Below, in pieces: positions 1-13,950 of a stretch of 64,000 nucleotides of DNA. The notes below the pieces were generated by a model, which saw only the letters and a list, made by a program, of their open reading frames with translations, searched no databases and had not been told where the DNA came from. The translations under genes were made by a program, and so were the position numbers. Numbering within the stretch: the first letter of the stretch is position 1; each line of letters starts with the position of its first letter. The stretch is taken from the NCBI GenBank assembly GCA_964016885.1, contig OZ024743.1, forward strand, positions 134,788,001 to 134,852,000, read 5' to 3'. The stretch is from Eledone cirrhosa (lineage: Eukaryota).

Positions 1-3000
1 CACCGAATACCAAACACCAAGCACCGAGCACCAAACACCAGGCACCAAAGACCAAACACCAAACAGCAAACACCAAACACCATACAGCAAACACTAAACA
101 CCAAAAAGCAGACACCAAACAGCAAACACCAAACACCAAACACCAAACACCAAACAGCAAACACCAAACACCAAGCACCAAGTACCAAACACCAAGAACC
201 AAGAACCAAACACCAAGCACCAAGCACCAAGTACAAACACCAAGCACCAAGAACCAAGCACCAAACACCAAGCACCAAGCACCAAACACAAAACACCAAG
301 CACCAAGCATCAAACACCAAGCAGCAAACACCAAACACCAAGCACCAATCACCAAACACCAAACACCAAGCACCAAACACCAAACAGCAAACACCAAACA
401 CCAAGCACCAAACACGAAGCACCAAGCACCAAATACCTAACACCAAGCACCAAGCACCAAGCACCAAGTACCAAACACCATGAACCAAGAACCAAACACC
501 AAACACCAAGCACCAAGTACAAACACCAAGCACCAAGCACCAAGCACCAAACACCAAGCACCAAGCACCAAACACAAAACACCAAGCACCAAGCAGCAAA
601 CACCAAACACCAAGCACCAATCACCAAACACAAAGCACCCAGCACCAAACACCAAGGACCAAGCACCAAGCACCAAGCACCAAACACCAAACTCCAAACA
701 CCAAGCACCAAGCACCAAGCACCAGGCACCAAACACCAAGCACCAAGCACCAAACACCAAGCACCAAGCACCAAACACCAAATGCCAAACACCAAACACC
801 AAGAACCAAGAACCAAACACCAAGCACCAAGCACCAAGTACAAACACCAAGCACCAAGCACCAAGCACCAAACACCAAGCATCAAGCACCAAGCAGCAAA
901 CACCAAACACCAAGCACCAAGCACCAAACACAAAGCACCCAGCACCTAACACCAAGGACCAAGCACCAAGCACCAAGCACCAAAAACCAAACACGACACA
1001 CAAAACACCAAGCACCAAGCACCAAACACCAAGCACCAAGCACCAAGCACCAAACACCAAACACCAAGCACCAAGGACCAAGCACCAGGCACCAAACACC
1101 AAACACCAAACAGCAAACAACATACAGCAAACACCAAACACCAAAAAGCAAACACCAAACACCAAACAGCAAACACCAAACAACAAACACCAAACAACAA
1201 ACACCAAACAGCAAACAGCAAACACCAAGCACCAATCACCAAACACCAAGCACCAAGCACCAAACACCAAGCACCAAGCACCAAGCACCAAACACCAAGC
1301 ACCAAAGACCAAGCACCGAGCACCAAACACCAAGCACCCAGCACCAAACACCAAGCACCCAGCACCAAACACCAAGCACCAAACACCAACCACTCAGCAC
1401 CAAGCACCAAACACCAAGCACCAAGCACCAAACACCAAACACCAAACACCAAGCACCAAGCACCAAGCATCAAACACCAAGCATATAACACCAAACACCA
1501 AACACCAAGCACCAAGCACCAAAAAGCAGACACCAAACAGCAAACACCAAACACCAAACACCAAACACCAAACAGCAAACACCAAACACCAAGCACCAAG
1601 TACCAAACACCAAGAACCAAGAACCAAACACCAAGCACCAAGCATCAAGTACAAACACCAAGCACCAAGCACCAAGCACCAAGCACCAAGCACCAAACAC
1701 AAAACACCAAGCACCAAGCACCAAGCACCAAACACAAAGCACCCAGCACCAAACACCAAGGACCAAGCACCAAGCACCAAGCACCAAAAACCAAACACGA
1801 AACACAAAACACCAAGCACCAAGCACCAAACACCAAACTCCAAGCACCAAGCACCAAGCACCAAACACCAAACACCAAGCACCAAGCACCAAGCACCAGG
1901 CACGAACACCAAGCACCAAGCACCAAACACCAAGCACCAAGCACCAAAGACCAAACACCAAACACCAAACAGCAAACAACATACAGCAAACACCAAACAC
2001 CAAAAAGCAAACACCAAACACCAAACAGCAAACACCAAACAACAAACACCAAACAACAAACACCAAACAGCAAACAGCAAACAGCAAACACCAAGCACCA
2101 AGCACCAAACACCAAGCACCAGGCACCAAACACCAAGCCCCAAGCACCAAACACCAAGCACCTAGCACCAAACACTAAGCACCAAGCACCAAACACTAAG
2201 CACCAAGCACCAAACACCAAGCACGAAGCACCAAACACCAAGCACCAAGCACCAAGCACCAAACACCAAACACCAAGCACCAAAGACCAAGCACCAAGCA
2301 CCAAACACCAAGCACCAAGCACCAAGCACCAAACACCAAGCACCTAGCACCAAACACCAAACACCAAGCACCAAACACCAAGCACCAATCACCAAGCATC
2401 AAACACCAAGCAGCCAGCAACAAGCACCAAACACCAAGCACCAAGCACCAAAAACCAAACACCAAACACCAAGCACCAAACACCTAACACCAAGCACCAA
2501 ACACCAAGCACCAAACACCAAGCACCAAGCACCAAGCACCAAGCACCAAACACCAAGCACCAAACACCAAGCACCAAACACCAAGCACCAAGCACCAAAC
2601 ACCAAGCACCAAGCACCAAACACCAAGAACCAAGCACCAAGCACCAAGTACAAACACCAAGCACCAAGCACCAAACACCAAGCACCAAGCACCAAGCATC
2701 AAACACCAAGCACCAAACACCAAGCACCAAGCACCAAGCATCAAACACCAAGCATATAACACCAAACACCAAACACCAAGCACCAAACACCAAACACCAA
2801 GCACCAAGCACCAAACACCAAACACCAAGCACCAAGCACCAAACACCTAACACCAAGCACCAAACACCGAGCACCAAGCACCAAGCACCAAACACCAAGC
2901 ACCAAGCACCAAACACCAAGCACCAAGCACCAAACACAAAGAACCAAGCACCAAGCACCAAGTACAAACACCAAACACCAAGCACCAAACACCAAGCACC

Positions 3001-4028
3001 TAGCACCAAACACCAAACACCAAGCCCCAAACACCAAGCACCAATCATCAAGCACCAAACACCAAGCAACCAGCAGCAAGCACCAAACACCAAACACCAA
3101 GCACCAAGCACAAAAACCAGACACCAAGCACCAAGCACCAAACACCTAACACCAAGCACCAAGCACCAAGTTCCAAGCACCAAACACCAACAACCAAACA
3201 CCAAACACCAAGCACCAAACACCAAACACCAAGCACCAAGCACCAAACACCTAACACCAAGCACCAAGCACCAACCACCAAACACCAAGCACCAAGCACC
3301 AAGCATCAATCACCAAACACCAAGCACCAAACACCAAACACCAAGCACCAAGCACCAAACACCAAGCACCAAGCACCAAGCATCAAACACCAAGCACCAA
3401 ACACCAAACACCAAACACCAAGCACCAAGCATCAAACACCAAGCATATAACACCAAACACCAAACACCAAGCACCAAGCACCAAACACCAAACACCAAGC
3501 ACCAAGCACCCAACACCAAACACCAAGCACCAAGCACCAAACACCAAGCACCAAGCACCAAGCAAAAAGCACCAAACACCAAGCACCAAACACCAAACAC
3601 CAAGCACCAAACACCAAACACCAAGCACCAAGCACCAAACACCTAACACCAAGCACCAAACACCAACCACCAAACACCAAGCACCAAGCACCAAGCACCA
3701 AGCACCAAACACCAAGCACCAAACACCAAGCACCAAACACCTAACACCAAGCACCAAGCACCAAGTACCAAGCACCAAACACCAAGCACCAAGCACCAAA
3801 CACCAAGCACTAAACACCAAACACCAAGCACCAAGCACCAAACACCTAACACCAAGCACCAAACACCAACCACCAAACACCAAGCACCAAGCACCAAGCA
3901 CCAAACACCAAGCACCAAGCACCAAACACCAAGCACCAAACACCAAGCACGAAGCACCAAGCACCAAGTACAAACACCAAGCACCAAGCACCAAACACCA
4001 AGCACCAAGCATCAAACACCAAACACCA

Positions 4029-7000
4029 AACACCAAGCACCAAGCACCAAGCATCAAACACCAAGCATATATAACACCAAGCACCAAGCACCAAGCACCA
4101 AAGACCAAACACCAAACAGCAAACACCAAACACCATACAGCAAACACTAAACACCAAAAAGCAGACACCAAACAGCAAACACCAAACACCAAACACCAAA
4201 CACCAAACAGCAAACACCAAACACCAAGCACCAAACACCAGGGACCAAGCACCAAACACCTAACACCAAGCACCAAGCACCAAGCACCAAACACCAAGCA
4301 CCAAATACCAAACATCAAGCACCAAGCATCAAGCAACAAGTATCCAAACACCAAGAACCAAGAACCAAACACCAAGCACCAAGCACCAAGTACAAACACC
4401 AAGCACCAAGCACCAAGCACCAAACACCAAGAACCAAGCACCAAACACAAAACACCAAGCACCAAGCACCAAGCATCAAACACCAAGCAGCAAACACCAA
4501 ACACCAAGCACCAAGCACCAAACACAAAGCACCCAGCACCAAACACCAAACACCAAACACCAGGCACCAAGCACCAAACACCAAACACCAAGCACCAAGC
4601 ACCAAACACCAAACACCAAGCACCAAACACCAAGCACCAAAGACCAAACACCAAACAGCAAACACCAAACACCAAACAGCAAACACCAAACAGCAAACAC
4701 CAAACACCAAACAGCAAACACCAAACACCAAGCACCAAACACCAAGCACCAAGCACCAAATACCTAACACCAAGCACCAAGCACCAAGCACCAAGCACCA
4801 AGCACCAAGCACCAAACACCAAGCACCAAACACCAAACATCAAGCACCAAACACCAAGCACCAAGCACCAAACACAAAACACCTAGCACCAAGCATCAAA
4901 CACCAAGCAGCAAACACCAAACACCAAGCACCAATCACCAAACACCAAACACCAAGCACCAAACACCAAACACCAAGCACCAGACACCAAGCACCAAACA
5001 CTAAACACCAAACACCAAGCAGCAAGCACCAAACACCAAACACCAAGCACCAAACACCAAGCACCAAAGACCAAACACCAAACAGCAAACACCAAACACG
5101 AAACAGCAAACACCATACAGCAAACACTAAACACCAAAAAGCAGACACCAGACAGCAAAACCAAACGCCAAACACCAAACTCCAAACAGCAAACACCAAA
5201 CACCAAGCACCAAACACGAAGCACCAAGCACCAAATACCTAACACCAAGCACCAAGCACCAAGCACCAAGTACCAAACACCAAGAACCAAGAACCAAACA
5301 CCAAACACCAAGCACCAAGTACAAACACCAAGCACCAAGCACCAAGCACCAAACACCAAGCACCAAGCACCAAACACAAAACACCAAGCACCAAGCATCA
5401 AACACCAAGCAGCAAACACCAAACACCAAGCACCAATCACCAAACACAAAGCACCCAGCACCAAACACCAAGGACCAAGCACCAAGCACCAAGCACCAAA
5501 CACCAAACTCCAAACACCAAGCACCAAGCACCAAGCACCAGGCACCAAACACCAAGCACCAAGCACCAAACACCAAGCACCAAGCACCAAACACCAAATG
5601 CCAAGCACCAAACACCAAGAACCAAGAACCAAACACCAAGCACTAAGCACCAAGTACAAACACCAAGCACCAAGCACCAAGCACCAAATACCAAGCATCA
5701 AGCACCAAGCAGCAAACACCAAACACCAAGCACCAAGCACCAAACACAAAGCACCCAGCACCTAACACCAAGGACCAAGCACCAAGCACCAAGCACCAAA
5801 AACCAAACACGAAACACAAAACACCAAGCACCAAGCACCAAACACCAAGCACCAAGCACCAAGCACCAAACACCAAACACCAAGCACCAAACACCAAGCA
5901 CCAAAGACCAAACACCAAACAGCAAACACCAAACACCAAACAGCAAACACCAAACAGCAAACACCAAACACCAAACAGCAAACACCAAACACCAAGCACC
6001 AAACACCAAGCACCAAGCACCAAATACCTAACACCAAGCACCAAGCACCAAGCACCAACCACCAAGCACCAAACACCAAGCACCAAACACCAAACATCAA
6101 GCACCAAGCACCAAGCACCAAGTACCAAACACCAAGAACCAAGAACCAAACACCAAGCACCAAGCACCAAGTAGAAACACCAAGCACCAAGCACCAAGCA
6201 GCAAACACCAAACACCAAGCACCAATCACCAAACACCAAGCACCCTGCACCAAACACCAAGGACCAAGCACCAAGCACCAAGCACCAAACACCAAACTCC
6301 AAGCACCAAGCACCAAACACCAAACACCAAGCACCAAGCACCAAGCACCAGGCACCAAACACCAAGCACCAAGCACCAAACACCAAGCACCAAACACCAA
6401 ACGCAAAACACCAAACACCAAGAACCAAGAACCAAACACCAAGCACCAAGCACCAAGTACAAACACCAAGCACCAAGCACCAAGCACCAAACACCAAGCA
6501 CCAAGCACCAAACACAAAACACCAAGCACCAAGCACCAAGCATCAAACACCAAGCAGCAAACACCAAACACCAAGCACCAAGCACCAAGCACCAAACACA
6601 AAGCACCCAGCACCAAACACCAAGGACCAAGCACCAAGCACCAAGCACCAAAAACCAAACACCAAGCATCAAGCACCAAGCACCAGGCACCAAACACCAA
6701 GCACCAAGCACCAAACACCAAGCACCAAACACCAAACACCAAACACCAAACACCAAACACCAAACACCAAACAGCAAACAACATAGAGCAAACACCAAAC
6801 ACCAAATAGCAAACACCAAACACCAAACAGCAAACACCAAACAACAAACACCAAACAACAAACACCAAACAGCAAACAGCAAACACCAAGCACCAAGCAC
6901 CAAACACCAAACACCAAACACCAAGCACCAAGCACCAAACACCAAGCACCAAACACCAAGCACCTAGCACCAAACACTAAGCACCAAGCACCAAACACCA

Positions 7001-10000
7001 AGCACCAAGCACCAAACACCAAGCACCAAGCACCAAGCACCAAACACCAAGCACCCAGGACCAAAAACCAAGCACCCAGCACCAAACACCAAGCACCAAA
7101 CACCAACCACTCAGCACCAAGCACCAAAGACCAAGCACCAAGAACCAAACACCAAACACCAAACACCAAGCACCAAGCACCAAGCACCAAACACCAAACA
7201 CCAAGCACCAAGCACCAAACACCAAGCACCAAAGACCAAACACCAAACACCAAGCACCAAGCACCAAACACCAAGCACCAAACACCAAGCACCTAGCACC
7301 AAACACTAAGCACCAAGCACCAAACACCAAGCACCAAGCACCAAGCACCAAACACCAAGCACCCAGGACCAAAAACCAAGCACCCAGCACCAAACACCAA
7401 GCACCAAACACCAACCACTCAGCACCAAGCACCAAACACCAAGGACCAAGCACCAAGTACCAAGCACCAAAAACCAAACACGAAACACAAAACACCAAGC
7501 ACCAAGCACCAAACACCAAGCACCAAGCACCAAGCACCAAACACCAAACACCAAGCACCAAGGACCAAGCACCAGGCACCAAACACCAAACACCAAACAG
7601 CAAACAACATACAGCAAACACCAAACACCAAAAAGCAAACACCAAACACCAAACAGCAAACACCAAACAACAAACACCAAACAACAAACACCAAACAGCA
7701 AACAGCAAACACCAAGCACCAATCACCAAACACCAAGCACCAAGCACCAAACACCAAGCACCAAGCACCAAGCACCAAACACCAAGCACCAAAGACCAAG
7801 CACCAAGCACCAAACACCAAGCACCCAGCACAAAACACCAAGCACCCAGCACCAAACACCAAGCACCAAACACCAACCACTCAGCACCAAGCACCAAACA
7901 CCAAGCACCAAGCACCAAACACCAAACACCAAACACCAAGCACCAAGCACCAAGCATCAAACACCAAGCATATAACACCAAACACCAAACACCAAGCACC
8001 AAGCACCAAAAAGCAGACACCAAACAGCAAACACCAAACACCAAACACCAAACACCAAACAGCAAACACCAAACACCAAGCACCAAGTACCAAACACCAA
8101 GAACCAAGAACCAAACACCAAGCACCAAGCATCAAGTACAAACACCAAGCACCAAGCACCAAGCACCAAGCACCAAGCACCAAACACAAAACACCAAGCA
8201 CCAAGCACCAAGCACCAAACACAAAGCACCCAGCACCAAACACCAAGGACCAAGCACCAAGCACCAAGCACCAAAAACCAAACACGAAACACAAAACACC
8301 AAGCACCAAGCACCAAACACCAAACTCCAAGCACCAAGCACCAAGCACCAAACACCAAACACCAAGCACCAAGCACCAAGCACCAGGCACGAAACACCAA
8401 GCACCAAGCACCAAACACCAAGCACCAAGCACCAAAGACCAAACACCAAACACCAAACAGCAAACAACATACAGCAAACACCAAACACCAAAAAGCAAAC
8501 ACCAAACACCAAACAGCAAACACCAAACAACAAACACCAAACAACAAACACCAAACAGCAAACAGCAAACACCAAACACCAAGCACCAAGCACCAAACAC
8601 CAAGCACCAGGCACCAAACACCAAGCCCCAAGCACCAAACACCAAGCACCTAGCACCAAACACTAAGCACCAAGCACCAAACACTAAGCACCAAGCACCA
8701 AACACCAAGCACCAAGCACCAAACACCAAGCACCAAGCACCAAGCACCAAACACCAAACACCAAGCACCAAAGACCAAGCACCAAGCACCAAACACCAAG
8801 CACCAAGCACCAAGCACCAAACACCAAGCACCTAGCACCAAACACCAAACACCAAGCACCAAACACCAAGCACCAATCACCAAGCACCAAACACCAAGCA
8901 CCTAGCACCAAACACCAAACACCAAGCCCCAAACACCAAGCACCAATCATCAAGCACCAAACACCAAGCAACCAGCAGCAAGCACCAAACACCAAACACC
9001 AAGCACCAAGCACAAAAACCAGACACCAAGTACCAAGCACCAAACACCTAACACCAAGCACCAAGCACCAAGTTCCAAGCACCAAACACCAACAACCAAA
9101 CACCAAACACCAAGCACCAAACACCAAACACCAAGCACCAAGCACCAAACACCTAACACCAAGCACCAAGCACCAAGCATCAAACACCAAGCATATATAA
9201 CACCAAGCACCAAGCACCAAGCACCAAAGACCAAACACCAAACAGCAAACACCAAACACCATACAGCAAACACTAAACACCAAAAAGCAGACACCAAACA
9301 GCAAACACCAAACACCAAACACCAAACACCAAACAGCAAACACCAAACACCAAGCACCAAACACCAAGGACCAAGCACCAAACACCTAACACCAAGCACC
9401 AAGCACCAAGCACCAAACACCAAGCACCAAATACCAAACATCAAGCACCAAGCATCAAGCAACAAGTATCCAAACACCAAGAACCAAGAACCAAACACCA
9501 AGCACCAAGCACCAAGTACAAACACCAAGCACCAAGCACCAAGCACCAAACACCAAGAACCAAGCACCAAACACAAAACACCAAGCACCAAGCACCAAGC
9601 ATCAAACACCAAGCAGCAAACACCAAACACCAAGCACCAAGCACCAAACACAAAGCACCCAGCACCAAACACCAAACACCAAACACCAGGCACCAAGCAC
9701 CAAACACCAAACACCAAGCACCAAGCACCAAACACCAAACACCAAGCACCAAACACCAAGCACCAAAGACCAAACACCAAACAGCAAACACCAAACACCA
9801 AACAGCAAACACCAAACAGCAAACACCAAACACCAAACAGCAAACACCAAACACCAAGCACCAAACACCAAGCACCAAGCACCAAATACCTAACACCAAG
9901 CACCAAGCACCAAGCACCAAGCACCAAGCACCAAGCACCAAACACCAAGCACCAAACACCAAACATCAAGCACCAAACACCAAGCACCAAGCACCAAACA

Positions 10001-13000
10001 CAAAACACCTAGCACCAAGCATCAAACACCAAGCAGCAAACACCAAACACCAAGCACCAATCACCAAACACCAAAAACCAAGCACCAAACACCAAACACC
10101 AAGCACCAGACACCAAGCACCAAACACTAAACACCAAACACCAAGCAGCAAGCACCAAACACCAAACACCAAGCACCAAACACCAAGCACCAAAGACCAA
10201 ACACCAAACAGCAAACACCAAACACGAAACAGCAAACACCATACAGCAAACACTAAACACCAAAAAGCAGACACCAGACAGCAAAACCAAACGCCAAACA
10301 CCAAACTCCAAACAGCAAACACCAAACACCAAGCACCAAACACGAAGCACCAAGCACCAAATACCTAACACCAAGCACCAAGCACCAAGCACCAAGTACC
10401 AAACACCAAGAACCAAGAACCAAACACCAAACACCAAGCACCAAGTACAAACACCAAGCACCAAGCACCAAGCACCAAACACCAAGCACCAAGCACCAAA
10501 CACAAAACACCAAGCACCAAGCATCAAACACCAAGCAGCAAACACCAAACACCAAGCACCAATCACCAAACACAAAGCACCCAGCACCAAACACCAAGGA
10601 CCAAGCACCAAGCACCAAGCACCAAACACCAAACTCCAAACACCAAGCACCAAGCACCAAGCACCAGGCACCAAACACCAAGCACCAAGCACCAAACACC
10701 AAGCACCAAGCACCAAACACCAAATGCCAAGCACCAAACACCAAGAACCAAGAACCAAACACCAAGCACTAAGCACCAAGTACAAACACCAAGCACCAAG
10801 CACCAAGCACCAAACACCAAGCATCAAGCACCAAGCAGCAAACACCAAACACCAAGCACCAAGCACCAAACACAAAGCACCCAGCACCTAACACCAAGGA
10901 CCAAGCACCAAGCACCAAGCACCAAAAACCAAACACGAAACACAAAACACCAAGCACCAAGCACCAAACACCAAGCACCAAGCACCAAGCACCAAACACC
11001 AAACACCAAGCACCAAACACCAAGCACCAAAGACCAAACACCAAACAGCAAACACCAAACACCAAACAGCAAACACCAAACAGCAAACACCAAACACCAA
11101 ACAGCAAACACCAAACACCAAGCACCAAACACCAAGCACCAAGCACCAAATACCTAACACCAAGCACCAAGCACCAAGCACCAACCACCAAGCACCAAAC
11201 ACCAAGCACCAAACACCAAACATCAAGCACCAAGCACCAAGCACCAAGTACCAAACACCAAGAACCAAGAACCAAACACCAAGCACCAAGCACCAAGTAG
11301 AAACACCAAGCACCAAGCACCAAGCAGCAAACACCAAACACCAAGCACCAATCACCAAACACAAAGCACCCTGCACCAAACACCAAGGACCAAGCACCAA
11401 GCACCAAGCACCAAACACCAAACTCCAAGCACCAAGCACCAAACACCAAACACCAAGCACCAAGCACCAAGCACCAGGCACCAAACACCAAGCACCAAGC
11501 ACCAAACACCAAGCACCAAACACCAAACGCAAAACACCAAACACCAAGAACCAAGAACCAAACACCAAGCACCAAGCACCAAGTACAAACACCAAGCACC
11601 AAGCACCAAGCACCAAACACCAAGCACCAAGCACCAAACACAAAACACCAAGCACCAAGCACCAAGCATCAAACACCAAGCAGCAAACACCAAACACCAA
11701 GCACCAAGCACCAAGCACCAAACACAAAGCACCCAGCACCAAACACCAAGGACCAAGCACCAAGCACCAAGCACCAAAAACCAAACACCAAGCATCAAGC
11801 ACCAAGCACCAGGCACCAAACACCAAGCACCAAGCACCAAACACCAAGCACCAAACACCAAACACCAAACACCAAACACCAAACACCAAACACCAAACAG
11901 CAAACAACATAGAGCAAACACCAAACACCAAATAGCAAACACCAAACACCAAACAGCAAACACCAAACAACAAACACCAAACAACAAACACCAAACAGCA
12001 AACAGCAAACACCAAGCACCAAGCACCAAACACCAAACACCAAACACCAAGCACCAAGCACCAAACACCAAGCACCAAACACCAAGCACCTAGCACCAAA
12101 CACTAAGCACCAAGCACCAAACACCAAGCACCAAGCACCAAACACCAAGCACCAAGCACCAAGCACCAAACACCAAGCACCCAGGACCAAAAACCAAGCA
12201 CCCAGCACCAAACACCAAGCACCAAACACCAACCACTCAGCACCAAGCACCAAACACCAAGCACCAAGCACCAAACACCAAACACCAAACACCAAGCACC
12301 AAGCACCAAGCACCAAACACCAAACACCAAGCACCAAGCACCAAACACCAAGCACCAAAGACCAAACACCAAACACCAAGCACCAAGCACCAAACACCAA
12401 GCACCAAACACCAAGCACCTAGCACCAAACACTAAGCACCAAGCACCAAACACCAAGCACCAAGCACCAAGCACCAAACACCAAGCACCCAGGACCAAAA
12501 ACCAAGCACCCAGCACCAAACACCAAGCACCAAACACCAACCACTCAGCACCAAGCACCAAACACCAAGGACCAAGCACCAAGTACCAAGCACCAAAAAC
12601 CAAACACGAAACACAAAACACCAAGCACCAAGCACCAAACACCAAGCACCAAGCACCAAGCACCAAACACCAAACACCAAGCACCAAGGACCAAGCACCA
12701 GGCACCAAACACCAAACACCAAACAGCAAACAACATACAGCAAACACCAAACACCAAAAAGCAAACACCAAACACCAAACAGCAAACACCAAACAACAAA
12801 CACCAAACAACAAACACCAAACAGCAAACAGCAAACACCAAGCACCAATCACCAAACACCAAGCACCAAGCACCAAACACCAAGCACCAAGCACCAAGCA
12901 CCAAACACCAAGCACCAAACACCAAGCACCAAGCACCAAACACCAAGCACCCAGCACAAAACACCAAGCACCCAGCACCAAACACCAAGCACCAAACACC

Positions 13001-13950
13001 AACCACTCAGCACCAAGCACCAAACACCAAGCACCAAGCACCAAACACCAAACACCAAACACCAAGCACCAAGCACCAAAAAGCAGACACCAAACAGCAA
13101 ACACCAAACACCAAACACCAAACACCAAACAGCAAACACCAAACACCAAGCACCAAGTACCAAACACCAAGAACCAAGAACCAAACACCAAGCACCAAGC
13201 ATCAAGTACAAACACCAAGCACCAAGCACCAAGCACCAAGCACCAAGCACCAAACACAAAACACCAAGCACCAAGCACCAAGCACCAAACACAAAGCACC
13301 CAGCACCAAACACCAAGGACCAAGCACCAAGCACCAAGCACCAAAAACCAAACACGAAACACAAAACACCAAGCACCAAGCACCAAACACCAAACTCCAA
13401 GCACCAAGCACCAAGCACCAAACACCAAACACCAAGCACCAAGCACCAAGCACCAGGCACGAAACACCAAGCACCAAGCACCAAACACCAAGCACCAAGC
13501 ACCAAAGACCAAACACCAAACACCAAACAGCAAACAACATACAGCAAACACCAAACACCAAAAAGCAAACACCAAACACCAAACAGCAAACACCAAACAA
13601 CAAACACCAAACAACAAACACCAAACAGCAAACAGCAAACAGCAAACACCAAGCACCAAGCACCAAACACCAAGCACCAGGCACCAAACACCAAGCCCCA
13701 AGCACCAAACACCAAGCACCTAGCACCAAACACTAAGCACCAAGCACCAAACACTAAGCACCAAGCACCAAACACCAAGCACCAAGCACCAAACACCAAG
13801 CACCAAGCACCAAGCACCAAACACCAAACACCAAGCACCAAAGACCAAGCACCAAGCACCAAACACCAAGCACCAAGCACCAAGCACCAAACACCAAGCA
13901 CCTAGCACCAAACACCAAACACCAAGCACCAAACACCAAGCACCAATCAC
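4029..13950 (+). repeat. Adjacent HOR copies with 5126-bp offset (5070 after a 56-bp deletion near 13080)
   Basis: Landmarks 4066/9192, 4341/9467, 5599/10725. Near-identical ORF translations at 4315/9441, 5762/10888, 7306/12432. Offset is 5070 at 8132/13202. Confidence 0.9.
6950..7445 (+). repeat. Nested ~0.3-kb local duplication inside the HOR
   Basis: The motif chain CACCTAG-CACCAAA-CACTAAG...CACCCAG-GACCAAA-AACCAAG-CACCCAG...CACCAAC-CACTCAG occurs twice (offsets 329 and 308, both multiples of 7). The pair recurs at 12103/12432, 19480/19809, 25886/26215 and 29771/30100. Confidence 0.85.

Noticed and set aside
1901-1906. Singleton 6-mer CACGAA (CACGAAA in the paralogues near 8388 and 32571)
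   Set aside because: A single-copy 1-bp loss in an A run may be a sequencing or consensus error, so I did not use it as a landmark.
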